Below are positions 42,788 to 50,972 of a DNA stretch of 64,000 nt, one piece after another. The DNA comes from Bdellovibrionota bacterium FG-1 (GTDB lineage: Bacteria; Bdellovibrionota; UBA1018): assembly GCA_051382295.1 (NCBI GenBank), contig JBBCAW010000041.1, positions 30,504-94,503 on the forward strand, written 5' to 3'. Under the pieces are notes generated by a model, which did no database searches, was not told the DNA's origin, and saw nothing but the letters and a program-made list of their open reading frames with translations. Every line of letters begins with the position of its first letter. Position 1 is the stretch's first letter. Both the position numbers and the translations under genes were made by a program.

Positions 42788-43765
42788 ATGAGACGTGGCG
42801 CTGTAAAAAAGAGTCCCCCCGTAGAAAGAAGAAAAAAATCAAGAAACAAGGCACCCTCCAAGCTGAAGGCCGTGGGCAGCCAAGAGCATTGTGTCCATTG
42901 CTCGAAAGGACTCATTGGCGAGGAGCAGGCGCTGTTTGTTGAAGAAGAGATCAACCGGGTATTTTGCTCTGAGGCGTGTATTACGGGATATTTTGGACCC
43001 GAAATCGAACGGCTCGAAAAAGAGTACACGAGACGCTTGGTTCCCTCGGATCTTTCGGGTGAAGAAAGGGAACATCTCGCACACCTTCGCTTTATTACAC
43101 TGAAGGAGCCCGACGAGGTCTGGCGGGAAAAAACCCTGACGGGTGATTATCGGTATGTGATGATTGCAGAATTCCAACCCGGCAATCGCACTGTTTGGAG
43201 TATTTGTCTTTGTTTATTTCTTCATGGGGAGCCAAGCTTTCTGTTTATGGCCTTTACGACCAAAAACGCGGCTATGGTTAATGCCTACCGACGAGGAGAG
43301 CGAGTGGAGTGGGAACGAACGAGGAAGCGCAAACCAGCGGCAGAGGGAAATGATGCCGCTGCTCCCGAGGGGGTAAGCGATCGGCTTGCCGATGCGTGGA
43401 CTGAAGAAGAAACGTTTTTGGCTCAGGTCAATCAGGAACGCAAGGGGGATGATATTCCGCCGGAAGAGTTCGAAGCGTTTCAGAGCTGTATCGAGCAAAC
43501 CCTTGAAACCCCCGATGAAGTTTGGAGTATGGAACTCGCTGAAACCGAGGGGATTCATTTATACCATTTTATTAAACACTATTTAGATGAAAAAACGCCT
43601 TATTGGTATGTCATTCTGGCTCGCGAAACCGAGGATGAAGAGCAAATTGAAATCATCGATGCTTTTCCCACTCGCGATAGCCAGTTAGTAGAGCGCTACC
43701 GACGGGGGGCTCAAGAAGTAGGAGAGACTTCGGAGGAGCAGGCGATGGGAAGGGTGGTTCATTAA
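42788..43765 (+). CDS. Zinc-finger protein with two PBECR2-like (barnase/RelE-fold) repeats
   Basis: CVHC...FCSEAC, then TLKEPDEVW and TLETPDEVW repeats each followed by beta strands and AF(T/P)T; sigma70-like TTGACT-N17-CACAAT directly upstream. Confidence 0.6.
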   Translation: MRRGAVKKSPPVERRKKSRNKAPSKLKAVGSQEHCVHCSKGLIGEEQALFVEEEINRVFCSEACITGYFGPEIERLEKEYTRRLVPSDLSGEEREHLAHLRFITLKEPDEVWREKTLTGDYRYVMIAEFQPGNRTVWSICLCLFLHGEPSFLFMAFTTKNAAMVNAYRRGERVEWERTRKRKPAAEGNDAAAPEGVSDRLADAWTEEETFLAQVNQERKGDDIPPEEFEAFQSCIEQTLETPDEVWSMELAETEGIHLYHFIKHYLDEKTPYWYVILARETEDEEQIEIIDAFPTRDSQLVERYRRGAQEVGETSEEQAMGRVVH

Positions 43766-43768
43766 TCA

Positions 43769-44037
43769 CCCAACCGAGGCGCGCCCTCTGCCATGAGGGC
43801 TCCGGGTTGACTGGACAGCTGTACCCGCGAACCTCCTCTAGCTTTGGTCTAAGTGACTGGAAACAAAATCGATAAGAACAACCAGAAGTTTGCAGATCAG
43901 CAAAAAAAGTGCGGATCTGAACTTCAGTTCTTCACACCGACGCCGAGAAGAATAACGTGTTTGTTTATTCTTCATAAGGCACCTCTCTTTCTTTCGGGAA
44001 GGGAGGTGTTTTCCTTTTCACGCGCGCCTCGGTTGGG
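43769..44037 (-). ncRNA. Structured RNA of about 270 nt closed by a 16-bp terminal inverted repeat (candidate type I toxin mRNA)
   Basis: CCCAACCGAGGCGCGC (43769-43784) and GCGCGCCTCGGTTGGG (44022-44037) are a perfect IR; several internal hairpins. Confidence 0.6.
43838..43975 (-). CDS. 45-aa basic/hydrophobic peptide MKNKQTRYSSRRRCEELKFRSALFLLICKLLVVLIDFVSSHLDQS (putative type I toxin)
   Basis: GAGGTG SD just before ATG 43975; one TM-length hydrophobic stretch; below the ORF-track length cutoff. Confidence 0.55.
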   Translation of the reverse strand: MKNKQTRYSSRRRCEELKFRSALFLLICKLLVVLIDFVSSHLDQS

Positions 44038-44051
44038 CTGGCGTATCTCAA

Positions 44052-44067
44052 AGCAAAGTCAATGCCG
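44052..44067 (-). promoter_or_regulatory. sigma54 -24/-12 promoter for the structured peptide RNA
   Basis: Minus strand CGGCATTGACTTTGCT (GG-N10-GC); expected TSS near 44041, just before the IR arm. Confidence 0.6.
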
Positions 44068-44268
44068 TAACAAGGTGCAAAGATTCCCGGTTTTCAGGCT
44101 CCGGCGGTTCGAATTTCGAATTAAGGTACGGAATCCGGACTTGCTCACTGGCCGCAAATCCCCACAAACGTATCTAAAAGGTGACACCCCTCCGGTTTTT
44201 TCAAAAAGAAATCGGGCTGAATTAGCTTAAATTTCAGCTAGATAAGAGTTTTGACGGATTCTTGATTT

Positions 44269-44284
44269 CGGCCTCAGCCTTGCT
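44269..44284 (+). promoter_or_regulatory. sigma54 -24/-12 promoter, divergent from the previous one
   Basis: CGGCCTCAGCCTTGCT, followed by GAGGAG RBS and ATG 44313. Confidence 0.55.
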
Positions 44285-44312
44285 CATAGGTGCTTTCGAA
44301 AGAGGAGACACT

Positions 44313-44752
44313 ATGTTAAAGCTGAAACGAAATTTTCCACATAAAAACAATAGAATTACCCGGTTTATGATCTGCTCGAGAAATACCCCTGGCCTGGAAA
44401 TGTCAGGGAATTGCGTAATCTGGCTGAGAGATTGGTGATTTTATCCGGTGCTCAAATCGAGCCCAGGGACTTACCCTCCCACTTCTTAAAGTCTTTAGAC
44501 CCGACCACTGGGGCCCCTTCTGGGCAGACTTCGCTTCGTGAGTTTAAAGCTAGGTCTGAGCGGGCTTACATCGTTCAGACCCTGCAAAGCGTGCAGGGAA
44601 GTATCTCTCAGGCCGCACGGCTTTTGGATCTTGAGCGAACCTATCTTCACCGGAGAATTCAAGAACTGGGGATCGAAAAGAAGAGTATTTTTAGCGAAAT
44701 TTTCCGCTCGCAAAAGTGGGGCAAGAACCCAAATTGGCCGTTTGTAAATTAA
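44313..44752 (+). pseudogene. Truncated NtrC-family enhancer-binding protein (AAA+ lid + Fis HTH only), frameshifted relative to its ATG
   Basis: YPWPGNVRELRNLAERLVIL and ISQAARLLDLERTYLHRRI lie in a frame with an upstream TAG at about 44350; RBS/ATG 44313 is in another frame. Confidence 0.75.
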
Positions 44753-45275
44753 AGCCAGCCTGTTGCAAACACCAGTTCATATTAGGTTGATCGGCCTCAG
44801 ATACGATCATGGCCGCATTGTAATTAGTGGATACGAACGAAAATTTCATTCCAGCGGGATCGTAGCTCACGCAGATCGACATCGCTTTTCCGCCCTGATC
44901 CAGCTTGGGGTAAGCATGGGTTGAATCGACCACATCGACAGGATAGAGACAAACTTTAGGCACGCCCTGGGACGAGTCAGCTTGGTAGGGTTTACCATAA
45001 ACCAAAATGTCCGAGGCAGTCACGGTTGATGCGCAGACTTGATAGGTATTACTCAAATCCGCACTGTAGCTCGACCCCACCTTGGGCTTTACGTTGGCTT
45101 GGGCGGGACAGGTGTAATTGGTTTGCTCAGGGTGACCGCCGTTGGAGCTAGGATCAGCAGAGACCGTCTGCGGTAATTGATAGGATTCTGAGCTTACAGT
45201 TAGATTAGGATTGGGGGCCATGCCGCAACCACTGATCAACAAAGCTAAACTCAATACATAAAAACTGGTTTTCAC
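44691..45275 (-). CDS. Cys-rich lipoprotein, hypothetical
   Basis: Lipobox LISGC; AAGGAG RBS; sigma54 motif upstream. Confidence 0.75.
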   Translation of the reverse strand: MKTSFYVLSLALLISGCGMAPNPNLTVSSESYQLPQTVSADPSSNGGHPEQTNYTCPAQANVKPKVGSSYSADLSNTYQVCASTVTASDILVYGKPYQADSSQGVPKVCLYPVDVVDSTHAYPKLDQGGKAMSICVSYDPAGMKFSFVSTNYNAAMIVSEADQPNMNWCLQQAGFNLQTANLGSCPTFASGKFR

Positions 45276-45318
45276 GGGGGCCTCCTTTTCTTGAATGGAT
45301 GCTATGCGTTATTTATAA

Positions 45319-45334
45319 AGCAAAGGCTGTGCCG
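45319..45334 (-). promoter_or_regulatory. sigma54 -24/-12 promoter
   Basis: Minus strand CGGCACAGCCTTTGCT. Confidence 0.7.
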
Positions 45335-45397
45335 CATGAAGCACGAATTATTATTCAATGATTTAAGCGAGTTAAATAAACCTATTCGACCCAAACC

Positions 45398-45451
45398 TGC
45401 CTAGACTGTTGACAGATTTCGAATTTTTCGTCGGTGTCTAAAAGTTTGACA
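45398..45451. promoter_or_regulatory. Tandem palindromic upstream activator-like sites
   Basis: TGCCTA-GACTG-TTGACA (45398-45414) and TGTCTA-AAAGT-TTGACA (45435-45451). Confidence 0.5.
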
Positions 45452-45464
45452 GCCCGACTTTTAT

Positions 45465-46098
45465 TTATTTAGCCAACGAACCAATTGCGGATTGAACCGC
45501 TTTCACATAGGGCACAAATCCCTGTGTGAGGTCCGCCTCGTTCAACTCGTACTCGAGGTCAGGCTTCACTCCTAGATTCTCGATTGGATTGCCATCCACG
45601 CGTTCAGCGATGGATTCTGTGCAACGAAAGGACGCAATGCCCACATTATTTGGAATCTGGACGTCATTCACGTGGAACGGAAACGAGGCTTCTGAAAGTT
45701 TATTACGGTCAATGTAGACAATAAAATACTTGTCACCGGCTCCTTTGATCGAAAGAGGAAGTGAGGCGGCTTCAGTCGAAATAAATGAAATGCTCGTGTG
45801 GTAATCCCGCATCGAGTAGACAAAGGTCTTAAAAATTTCCCGTGCGTCCGCAAGCGTTAGATTGGGGCGAGATTGCACGCTGGCCAGTGCATTGCTAAAT
45901 TCGGTTTCCAGGTCATAGTGAGCAAATTTCTTTTTCCAAGCGGCGGGCGCGTACTCAGCTCGGTAAACACTTTTCATGGTGTAAAGCCACTGTTACATCA
46001 TCCGAGAGTGCATCACTGGCGTGGGCTGGGAGTCCCAATGAAAAGGCGGCCAAGAGAAAGAAAGCGACAGCGGAAAGAGCGGAACGCAAATTTTTCAT
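45465..46098 (-). pseudogene. Internally deleted, frameshifted CPAF-like S41 protease
   Basis: Signal peptide from ATG 46098 is out of frame with the body; N-terminal YAPAAWK..DYH..STEAASLP is joined directly to C-terminal SIAERVDGNPIENLGVKPD. Confidence 0.7.
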
Positions 46099-46158
46099 TG
46101 GCCGGAACTATCACTGAATAGGTGATCTGGCAATTGGTGGTAAATATGCCAACGAAAA

Positions 46159-47835
46159 TCATGATTTACGAAGTTTGCGAATTACTCGCCCCAATGGAAG
46201 GAGTGCCATCCCCGCAAACAGCAACGCAAACCAACCGAACCAGTCCCCCCACGCAAGCATGAGGGTCGGTATGGGATTGAGGAGCGGTACCGTCACATTT
46301 AGCACCTTGGCTTGCCCGACTGGAGTAGGCTGGGTGATGTCACCATTCGGCAAAATCAGGGCGGATATCCCGGTATTGGTAGAACGAAGCTGCGGTAGCC
46401 GTGTTTCGATACTTCTAAAAGCAATCAACGCCAAGTGCAACTCGGGCTCGCCATAGGGTCCAAACCAAGAGTCATTGGTAATATTGAGAATCAGTTGACT
46501 GCCTTTTCGTGCGGCTTGAATCACATAATTAGGAAACAAGGCCTCATAGCAAATAATGGGACCCGCTCGAACGGTTTGGTGAGTGGCGGGGATCTCCACT
46601 GGAACCACCGAGGCCCCCACCCCTTGACCAAAGTTTCCGACCTGAGGAAAGGTCGTTTTGATCCACGGAAAAGTATCGGCGCCAGGAATGTATTCGCCAA
46701 ACATGAGCAGCATGCTTTTGCGGTAGATTTGCAGATCTTCGTTGGGGTTCACCCCCCGTGCTCCGCGCGGAGACAAAAAGAAGAAAGCGTTAAAATCTTT
46801 ACCCTCAAAATGATCATACCCTCCAAACAAGATCGGGACCCCCCGCGATTGGGCAAAGTTCTCAACTTTAGTGTCGCGCTCCATTTCACTGGCAGTTTGA
46901 GGAGTGCGAAACGTCGAAGGATAAGAGGTTTCTGGCCAGATCAAAACTTGAGGCTTGGGTTGCATCGCAAGAGCCTGGTCCGAAAGCCAAAAATAGGTCT
47001 CTAAGACTTTTTGAGCCGCGCCAGTGACGCCGCGCTCAGCGGCGACTTTATCAAAATCTCCGATATTGCCCTGAATCACGCCAGCCTGAAGCGTGGAGCG
47101 AGGTGTTTGTTCAAAACTCGCGATCTGGTGGTATCGCCACTGTCCGTAAAGCAAAAGGCCTGCAACACACAAAGCACTGATGGTGAGCGGCCCAAGTGCG
47201 ATTCGAAGAACTGGAAGAATACTTGGCTCTTTCCGAAATCGAACCAGGGAGAGGAGGCGAAAAAAGGATTCGTTAACCAGGACGATCACAAAGGTCAAAA
47301 GCGGGGCGCCCCCCAAATCGGCCGCTTGCCTCAAGTATTGAGCCCGGTACAAGGAATGGCCCAGCGTATCGGTAAATAACTTAGGAAGAGCCCATTCCAG
47401 ACCAACATACAGAGCCGCCAGCCCGAGAGCGCGAAAGATAAGCCGCCCCATGGATTGTTGCGCACCCTGCGCGTGGCCCGCATCAGCCAAGCGAACGGCA
47501 CGCCAAAGGGGGCCAAAAAGCAATAATTGAGGCTGGGCGATCAGACCAAAAAGCAATAGGCCCAGGACCGCCAAAGGCCAGGGTAGATTGGCAAATTCTT
47601 GAAGTACATGAGCAATCCAGTAATAGCCACCTAGAGTCGTGGCAAACCCCAGCCAAAGACCTTGGAGCGCCGCGGCTTTATGATTAGGCGCTCGCGTCAG
47701 AGCCATCAACCAAGGGATCAATGCGATCCAGATCAGGGGCGCACAATTCCACGGTGGAAACGCAAAGACAATGAGGGCAGCCGAAAGGAGGGTGAGCCAA
47801 TCGGGTTTGAGTTTACGGACAAGTGCAACAAACAT
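46159..47835 (-). CDS. lnt: Apolipoprotein N-acyltransferase
   Basis: Multiple TMs, QGNI, WPET, K..L..FGEYIP, ICYE, NITNDSWFG, RSTNTGIS motifs. Confidence 0.95.
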   Translation of the reverse strand: MFVALVRKLKPDWLTLLSAALIVFAFPPWNCAPLIWIALIPWLMALTRAPNHKAAALQGLWLGFATTLGGYYWIAHVLQEFANLPWPLAVLGLLLFGLIAQPQLLLFGPLWRAVRLADAGHAQGAQQSMGRLIFRALGLAALYVGLEWALPKLFTDTLGHSLYRAQYLRQAADLGGAPLLTFVIVLVNESFFRLLSLVRFRKEPSILPVLRIALGPLTISALCVAGLLLYGQWRYHQIASFEQTPRSTLQAGVIQGNIGDFDKVAAERGVTGAAQKVLETYFWLSDQALAMQPKPQVLIWPETSYPSTFRTPQTASEMERDTKVENFAQSRGVPILFGGYDHFEGKDFNAFFFLSPRGARGVNPNEDLQIYRKSMLLMFGEYIPGADTFPWIKTTFPQVGNFGQGVGASVVPVEIPATHQTVRAGPIICYEALFPNYVIQAARKGSQLILNITNDSWFGPYGEPELHLALIAFRSIETRLPQLRSTNTGISALILPNGDITQPTPVGQAKVLNVTVPLLNPIPTLMLAWGDWFGWFALLFAGMALLPLGRVIRKLRKS

Positions 47836-47846
47836 GTCCGACCATC

Positions 47847-48980
47847 TTATTCAGCAGAGGGTGCTGGGGTCAATGCGTTCATTAAAGAAACTGGGTGTCT
47901 TGAAGCCACCACCGTATCCCGAAGACGAGGATTGCGAGCTGCCAAAAGTGCCGAATAGGCATTGACGCGACCACCGGTAACAAGCTTTCCGGCTAACTGT
48001 GGAAATCGATCGACTGAACCCTTGATGATTTTTTTGATCTCGGCCGGTTTGAGGGTTGGATTCTGGGAAAGAAGCAGCGCCGCCATCCCACTGACAAAGG
48101 CGGTCGCCTGCGAGGTGCCGGACATATAGCCATAGCGATTTCCAGGAAGCGTGCTGAAAATATTTTCACCCGGGGCGGCGACATCCACAAATTGTTTACC
48201 CCAATTGGAGGATGGCAAAAGGTTATTGTGGATATCGGTAGCTGCTACTGAAATCATATTACTGAGCCGATAGGCCGCTGGAAAATAGCGATTTTCGGTG
48301 AGATCCGTATTTTGATGTTCATTGCCCGCAGCTGAAACGACTAAGATGTCCTTAGACTCAGCACGCTTGAGCGCGAGGTACTCGTCTTCAGAGAACTCTG
48401 GCCCCCCCCCTGAGTAGTTGATGATCTGGGCACCATGATCAATGGCGTAATTGATCGCGCGAATCGTGTTTCGCAAGTTAACGGGCCCTGGATTAGCGTC
48501 CGAATAATATTTAACCGCCATGATCGAAACCCGATGGGCAACGCCACTCACACCGCTCAATGGATCGGCCACTGCGCCGATAATTCCAGCAACGTGGGTG
48601 CCATGCCCGTGATCGTCCACCGGATTAGCCTTATCGTTGACAAAATTCCAGCCATAAACCTGTGAATGCTTCTGATTTGGATCGTGCCAGATATTGACAT
48701 TGAGATCTTTGTGATTGGCGTCGATACCCGTATCAATGACGGCAACCACGACTTGACGACTCCCTTCTTCTAGCTTCCAAGCCTCCACCGCACTGATATG
48801 AGAGCGGGCTTCAGTATTGACCAAACCCCAGTTCTTAAAAGAAGGGATCTTGACTGTGTTTTGAAGGGCCTCTTTGAGAAGGGATTTGCCAATCGAAGGC
48901 TCCGGATGAGTAAATCCAAAGCTGACTAGGCTCCCTAAGATCAAGGTGGTTGCGATTCCTGCTTTTACTGCTCGACGCAT
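47847..48980 (-). CDS. Secreted S8 subtilisin-like protease
   Basis: IDTG, HGTHVAG, AAGN, GTSQAT motifs. Confidence 0.93.
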   Translation of the reverse strand: MRRAVKAGIATTLILGSLVSFGFTHPEPSIGKSLLKEALQNTVKIPSFKNWGLVNTEARSHISAVEAWKLEEGSRQVVVAVIDTGIDANHKDLNVNIWHDPNQKHSQVYGWNFVNDKANPVDDHGHGTHVAGIIGAVADPLSGVSGVAHRVSIMAVKYYSDANPGPVNLRNTIRAINYAIDHGAQIINYSGGGPEFSEDEYLALKRAESKDILVVSAAGNEHQNTDLTENRYFPAAYRLSNMISVAATDIHNNLLPSSNWGKQFVDVAAPGENIFSTLPGNRYGYMSGTSQATAFVSGMAALLLSQNPTLKPAEIKKIIKGSVDRFPQLAGKLVTGGRVNAYSALLAARNPRLRDTVVASRHPVSLMNALTPAPSAE

Positions 48981-49004
48981 AGTTCTCTCCGCTGCTCACG
49001 GTAG

Positions 49005-49020
49005 AGCAAGGGTTGGGCCA
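49005..49020 (-). promoter_or_regulatory. sigma54 -24/-12 promoter for the S8 protease
   Basis: Minus strand TGGCCCAACCCTTGCT; palindrome TGTCAA-TGAAT-TAGACA at 49150-49166 upstream. Confidence 0.7.
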
Positions 49021-49190
49021 TTTCTGGTAAATTTTTGACAGGCGGGCTGAATTTAAAAAAAAATCAATAAAAGCATGATCTTAATGTTTATATTGTGAGT
49101 TGAACGCGAGTCAGCCTGAGCCGAAAAAGGCAAGGCGTGCCCCCTGGGGTGTCAATGAATTAGACACCTGTGTCATCTCGAATCCATTCT

Positions 49191-49217
49191 CTAGAACTAG
49201 GAAAAACCTGCCGATAG
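49191..49217 (+). promoter_or_regulatory. Putative sigma28 promoter
   Basis: CTAG-N15-GCCGATAG just before ATG 49225. Confidence 0.4.
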
Positions 49218-49224
49218 GCAATCT

Positions 49225-50121
49225 ATGATGCTGTTGCGCATTCATGGAGCGTTGAGGCAGACCCTGATAGGGGTGGCGTTGTGGGGGATTCTCATAGCCC
49301 CATCTCTCGCACCCGCAGAACCTCAAACTGAAGAAAGAGATCCGTTATCCACCGCACTCAATGTTCTTTCGCATATTCCCAGTGGCCAACAGATCCTCAG
49401 ACAAGCACAAAGCTTTTGGAATCTTCCCATTCGAAATGTTTTGCGTTGGGGAAAAGCTTCCAAAACTGATGCGGTACTTACCCGGCACTTCGACACTAAG
49501 ACAGGCCAAGAAACTCGCGAACGCGAAGTGGTGGTTTATCTTCGAAAAGATCAACGTCTTGAAAATCTTATTTTGGACCTGGTCCATGAACTGGTTCATG
49601 CCACTTCACGGCCCAGCTGGGACCCCTATGATCCACGACTTACGCCCGGCAAATACATTTGGGCCGCTATTGAAGGGGAGGGTGGGGAGGTAGACGCTGT
49701 TGCCTTTGAGTGTCGAGTGGGCTTTGAACTTTTGGATCGATTTGGAGTGGAATCCGGAGCTCGTGAGCGATGTGAGGGATATTTAGCAAAAAAGGGTCCA
49801 CACGCCCGCATTGATCGCAATTTGATCCGAAGGGACTTTTATCGGATTGGAAAGTGGGGTCATGATCTCGCGCAACAACTTGGCACAGAGCGACGGCTAT
49901 TTCCGCTTCTGACCTCCGAAGTCCCCCGCCTTTTTTCTTCGACTGGAAACGCCCCTTACCCGGTCGCTCTCCTTCGAGAGTTTGAAGAGCTTTCTCAGAT
50001 CGCCTGTAATAACTCGCGTAAACGATTCATGAGTGAACGTGAACGATCGCCGGCATCTTCGAATTTAGGCGCACAGGCAGATGTGCAGGCGTTTCTTGCC
50101 GGACGCTGCTCAGCGGAATAG
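49225..50121 (+). CDS. Secreted HExxH (zincin-like) protein
   Basis: Signal peptide; LVHELVHA with downstream GGEVDA. Confidence 0.65.
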   Translation: MMLLRIHGALRQTLIGVALWGILIAPSLAPAEPQTEERDPLSTALNVLSHIPSGQQILRQAQSFWNLPIRNVLRWGKASKTDAVLTRHFDTKTGQETREREVVVYLRKDQRLENLILDLVHELVHATSRPSWDPYDPRLTPGKYIWAAIEGEGGEVDAVAFECRVGFELLDRFGVESGARERCEGYLAKKGPHARIDRNLIRRDFYRIGKWGHDLAQQLGTERRLFPLLTSEVPRLFSSTGNAPYPVALLREFEELSQIACNNSRKRFMSERERSPASSNLGAQADVQAFLAGRCSAE

Positions 50122-50153
50122 CCATTGCAGTCTTCTGCTTGCGGAGGTGGCTT

Positions 50154-50444
50154 ATGGGTATTCTGGGATGGATCCTGTTTGGCTTTGTGGTCGGGTTGAT
50201 TGCGCGCGTGATTACCCCTGGGCGAGACCCTTTGGGTCTCATCGGGACAATCGTCCTTGGGGTGATGGGTGCCCTGCTTGCCGGTTGGCTAGGGCAGGTG
50301 ATGGGTTTTTATGGACCCAATAATGGAGCGGGAATTATTTCAGCTACCTTAGGAGCGATCGGCATCCTCAGCCTTTATCAAATTGCGATGTATCGCAGGC
50401 AAAGGCGCCAAAAACCCCCCATCGCTCATGACCGTGCTGCGTAA
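50154..50444 (+). CDS. GlsB/YeaQ/YmgE (transglycosylase-associated) membrane protein
   Basis: GWILFGFVVGLIAR..PG..TIVLGVMGALLAG signature. Confidence 0.9.
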   Translation: MGILGWILFGFVVGLIARVITPGRDPLGLIGTIVLGVMGALLAGWLGQVMGFYGPNNGAGIISATLGAIGILSLYQIAMYRRQRRQKPPIAHDRAA

Positions 50445-50809
50445 ATTTCGGCCACAACGGAAAGAAGTGTTTGCATGCGGAGCGGCTTTTTTAGAAATCT
50501 CACGAAGGGATCTGACTGGGGCCCTGAAGGAGCGTCGCTGCCTGCCGACAAAATAATCACCGGCAGAGTTTTCCAGCGGTCGTCTTTTCGTAAGGCGGCA
50601 AGCAGCTCCCATCCATTCATGACGGGCATCATGAGGTCCATGATCAAAAGAGTAGCAGGAAGCAACCCTTTGAGTTTTTCAAGGGCATCCTGGCCATGAA
50701 TCGCGGTAAAGGTTTGATATCCTTGATACTGAAGAATTTGTTCCAGCGCGCTTCGAATGACTTCGTCATCTTCGACCACAAGAACCGTTTGGGTGGGCAT
50801 AGAAGGCAT
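50426..50809 (-). CDS. Single-domain response regulator
   Basis: VEDD, DLMMPVMNG, KP motifs. Confidence 0.9.
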   Translation of the reverse strand: MPSMPTQTVLVVEDDEVIRSALEQILQYQGYQTFTAIHGQDALEKLKGLLPATLLIMDLMMPVMNGWELLAALRKDDRWKTLPVIILSAGSDAPSGPQSDPFVRFLKKPLRMQTLLSVVAEIYAARS

Positions 50810-50840
50810 TCAAAACCGAACCAGAATACTGGTTAAATGA

Positions 50841-50925
50841 TGGTGCGGTCGACTGGACTTGAACCAGCACACCTTTCGGCATACGCCCCTCAAACGTACG
50901 TGTCTACCAATTCCACCACGACCGC
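50841..50925 (-). tRNA. tRNA-Leu (GAG)
   Basis: Reverse complement GCGGTCG...TACGT-TT-GAG-GG-GCGTA, long variable arm, GGTTCAAG, CCA end. Confidence 0.96.
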
Positions 50926-50972
50926 ACACATAGGATCATCATCATGAGGGTAACCGACCGGAACTTAACCGC

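Noticed and set aside
43769..44037. Retron msr-msd (a1/a2 inverted repeats)
   Set aside because: No reverse transcriptase adjacent or anywhere in the window; the interior is better explained by a peptide ORF with a sequestered SD.
43853..44230. 125-aa plus-strand ORF
   Set aside because: Runs through a terminator-like hairpin and a promoter region, with no recognisable motif.
44325..44352. Programmed -1 frameshift at A_AAT_TTT or T_AAA_AAC rescuing the activator fragment
   Set aside because: The -1 frame hits TAA or TAG immediately after both candidate slip sites.
34855..50925. Genomic island integrated at tRNA-Gly or tRNA-Leu
   Set aside because: No duplicated tRNA 3' end seen and no integrase adjacent; flanking genes are housekeeping-like.
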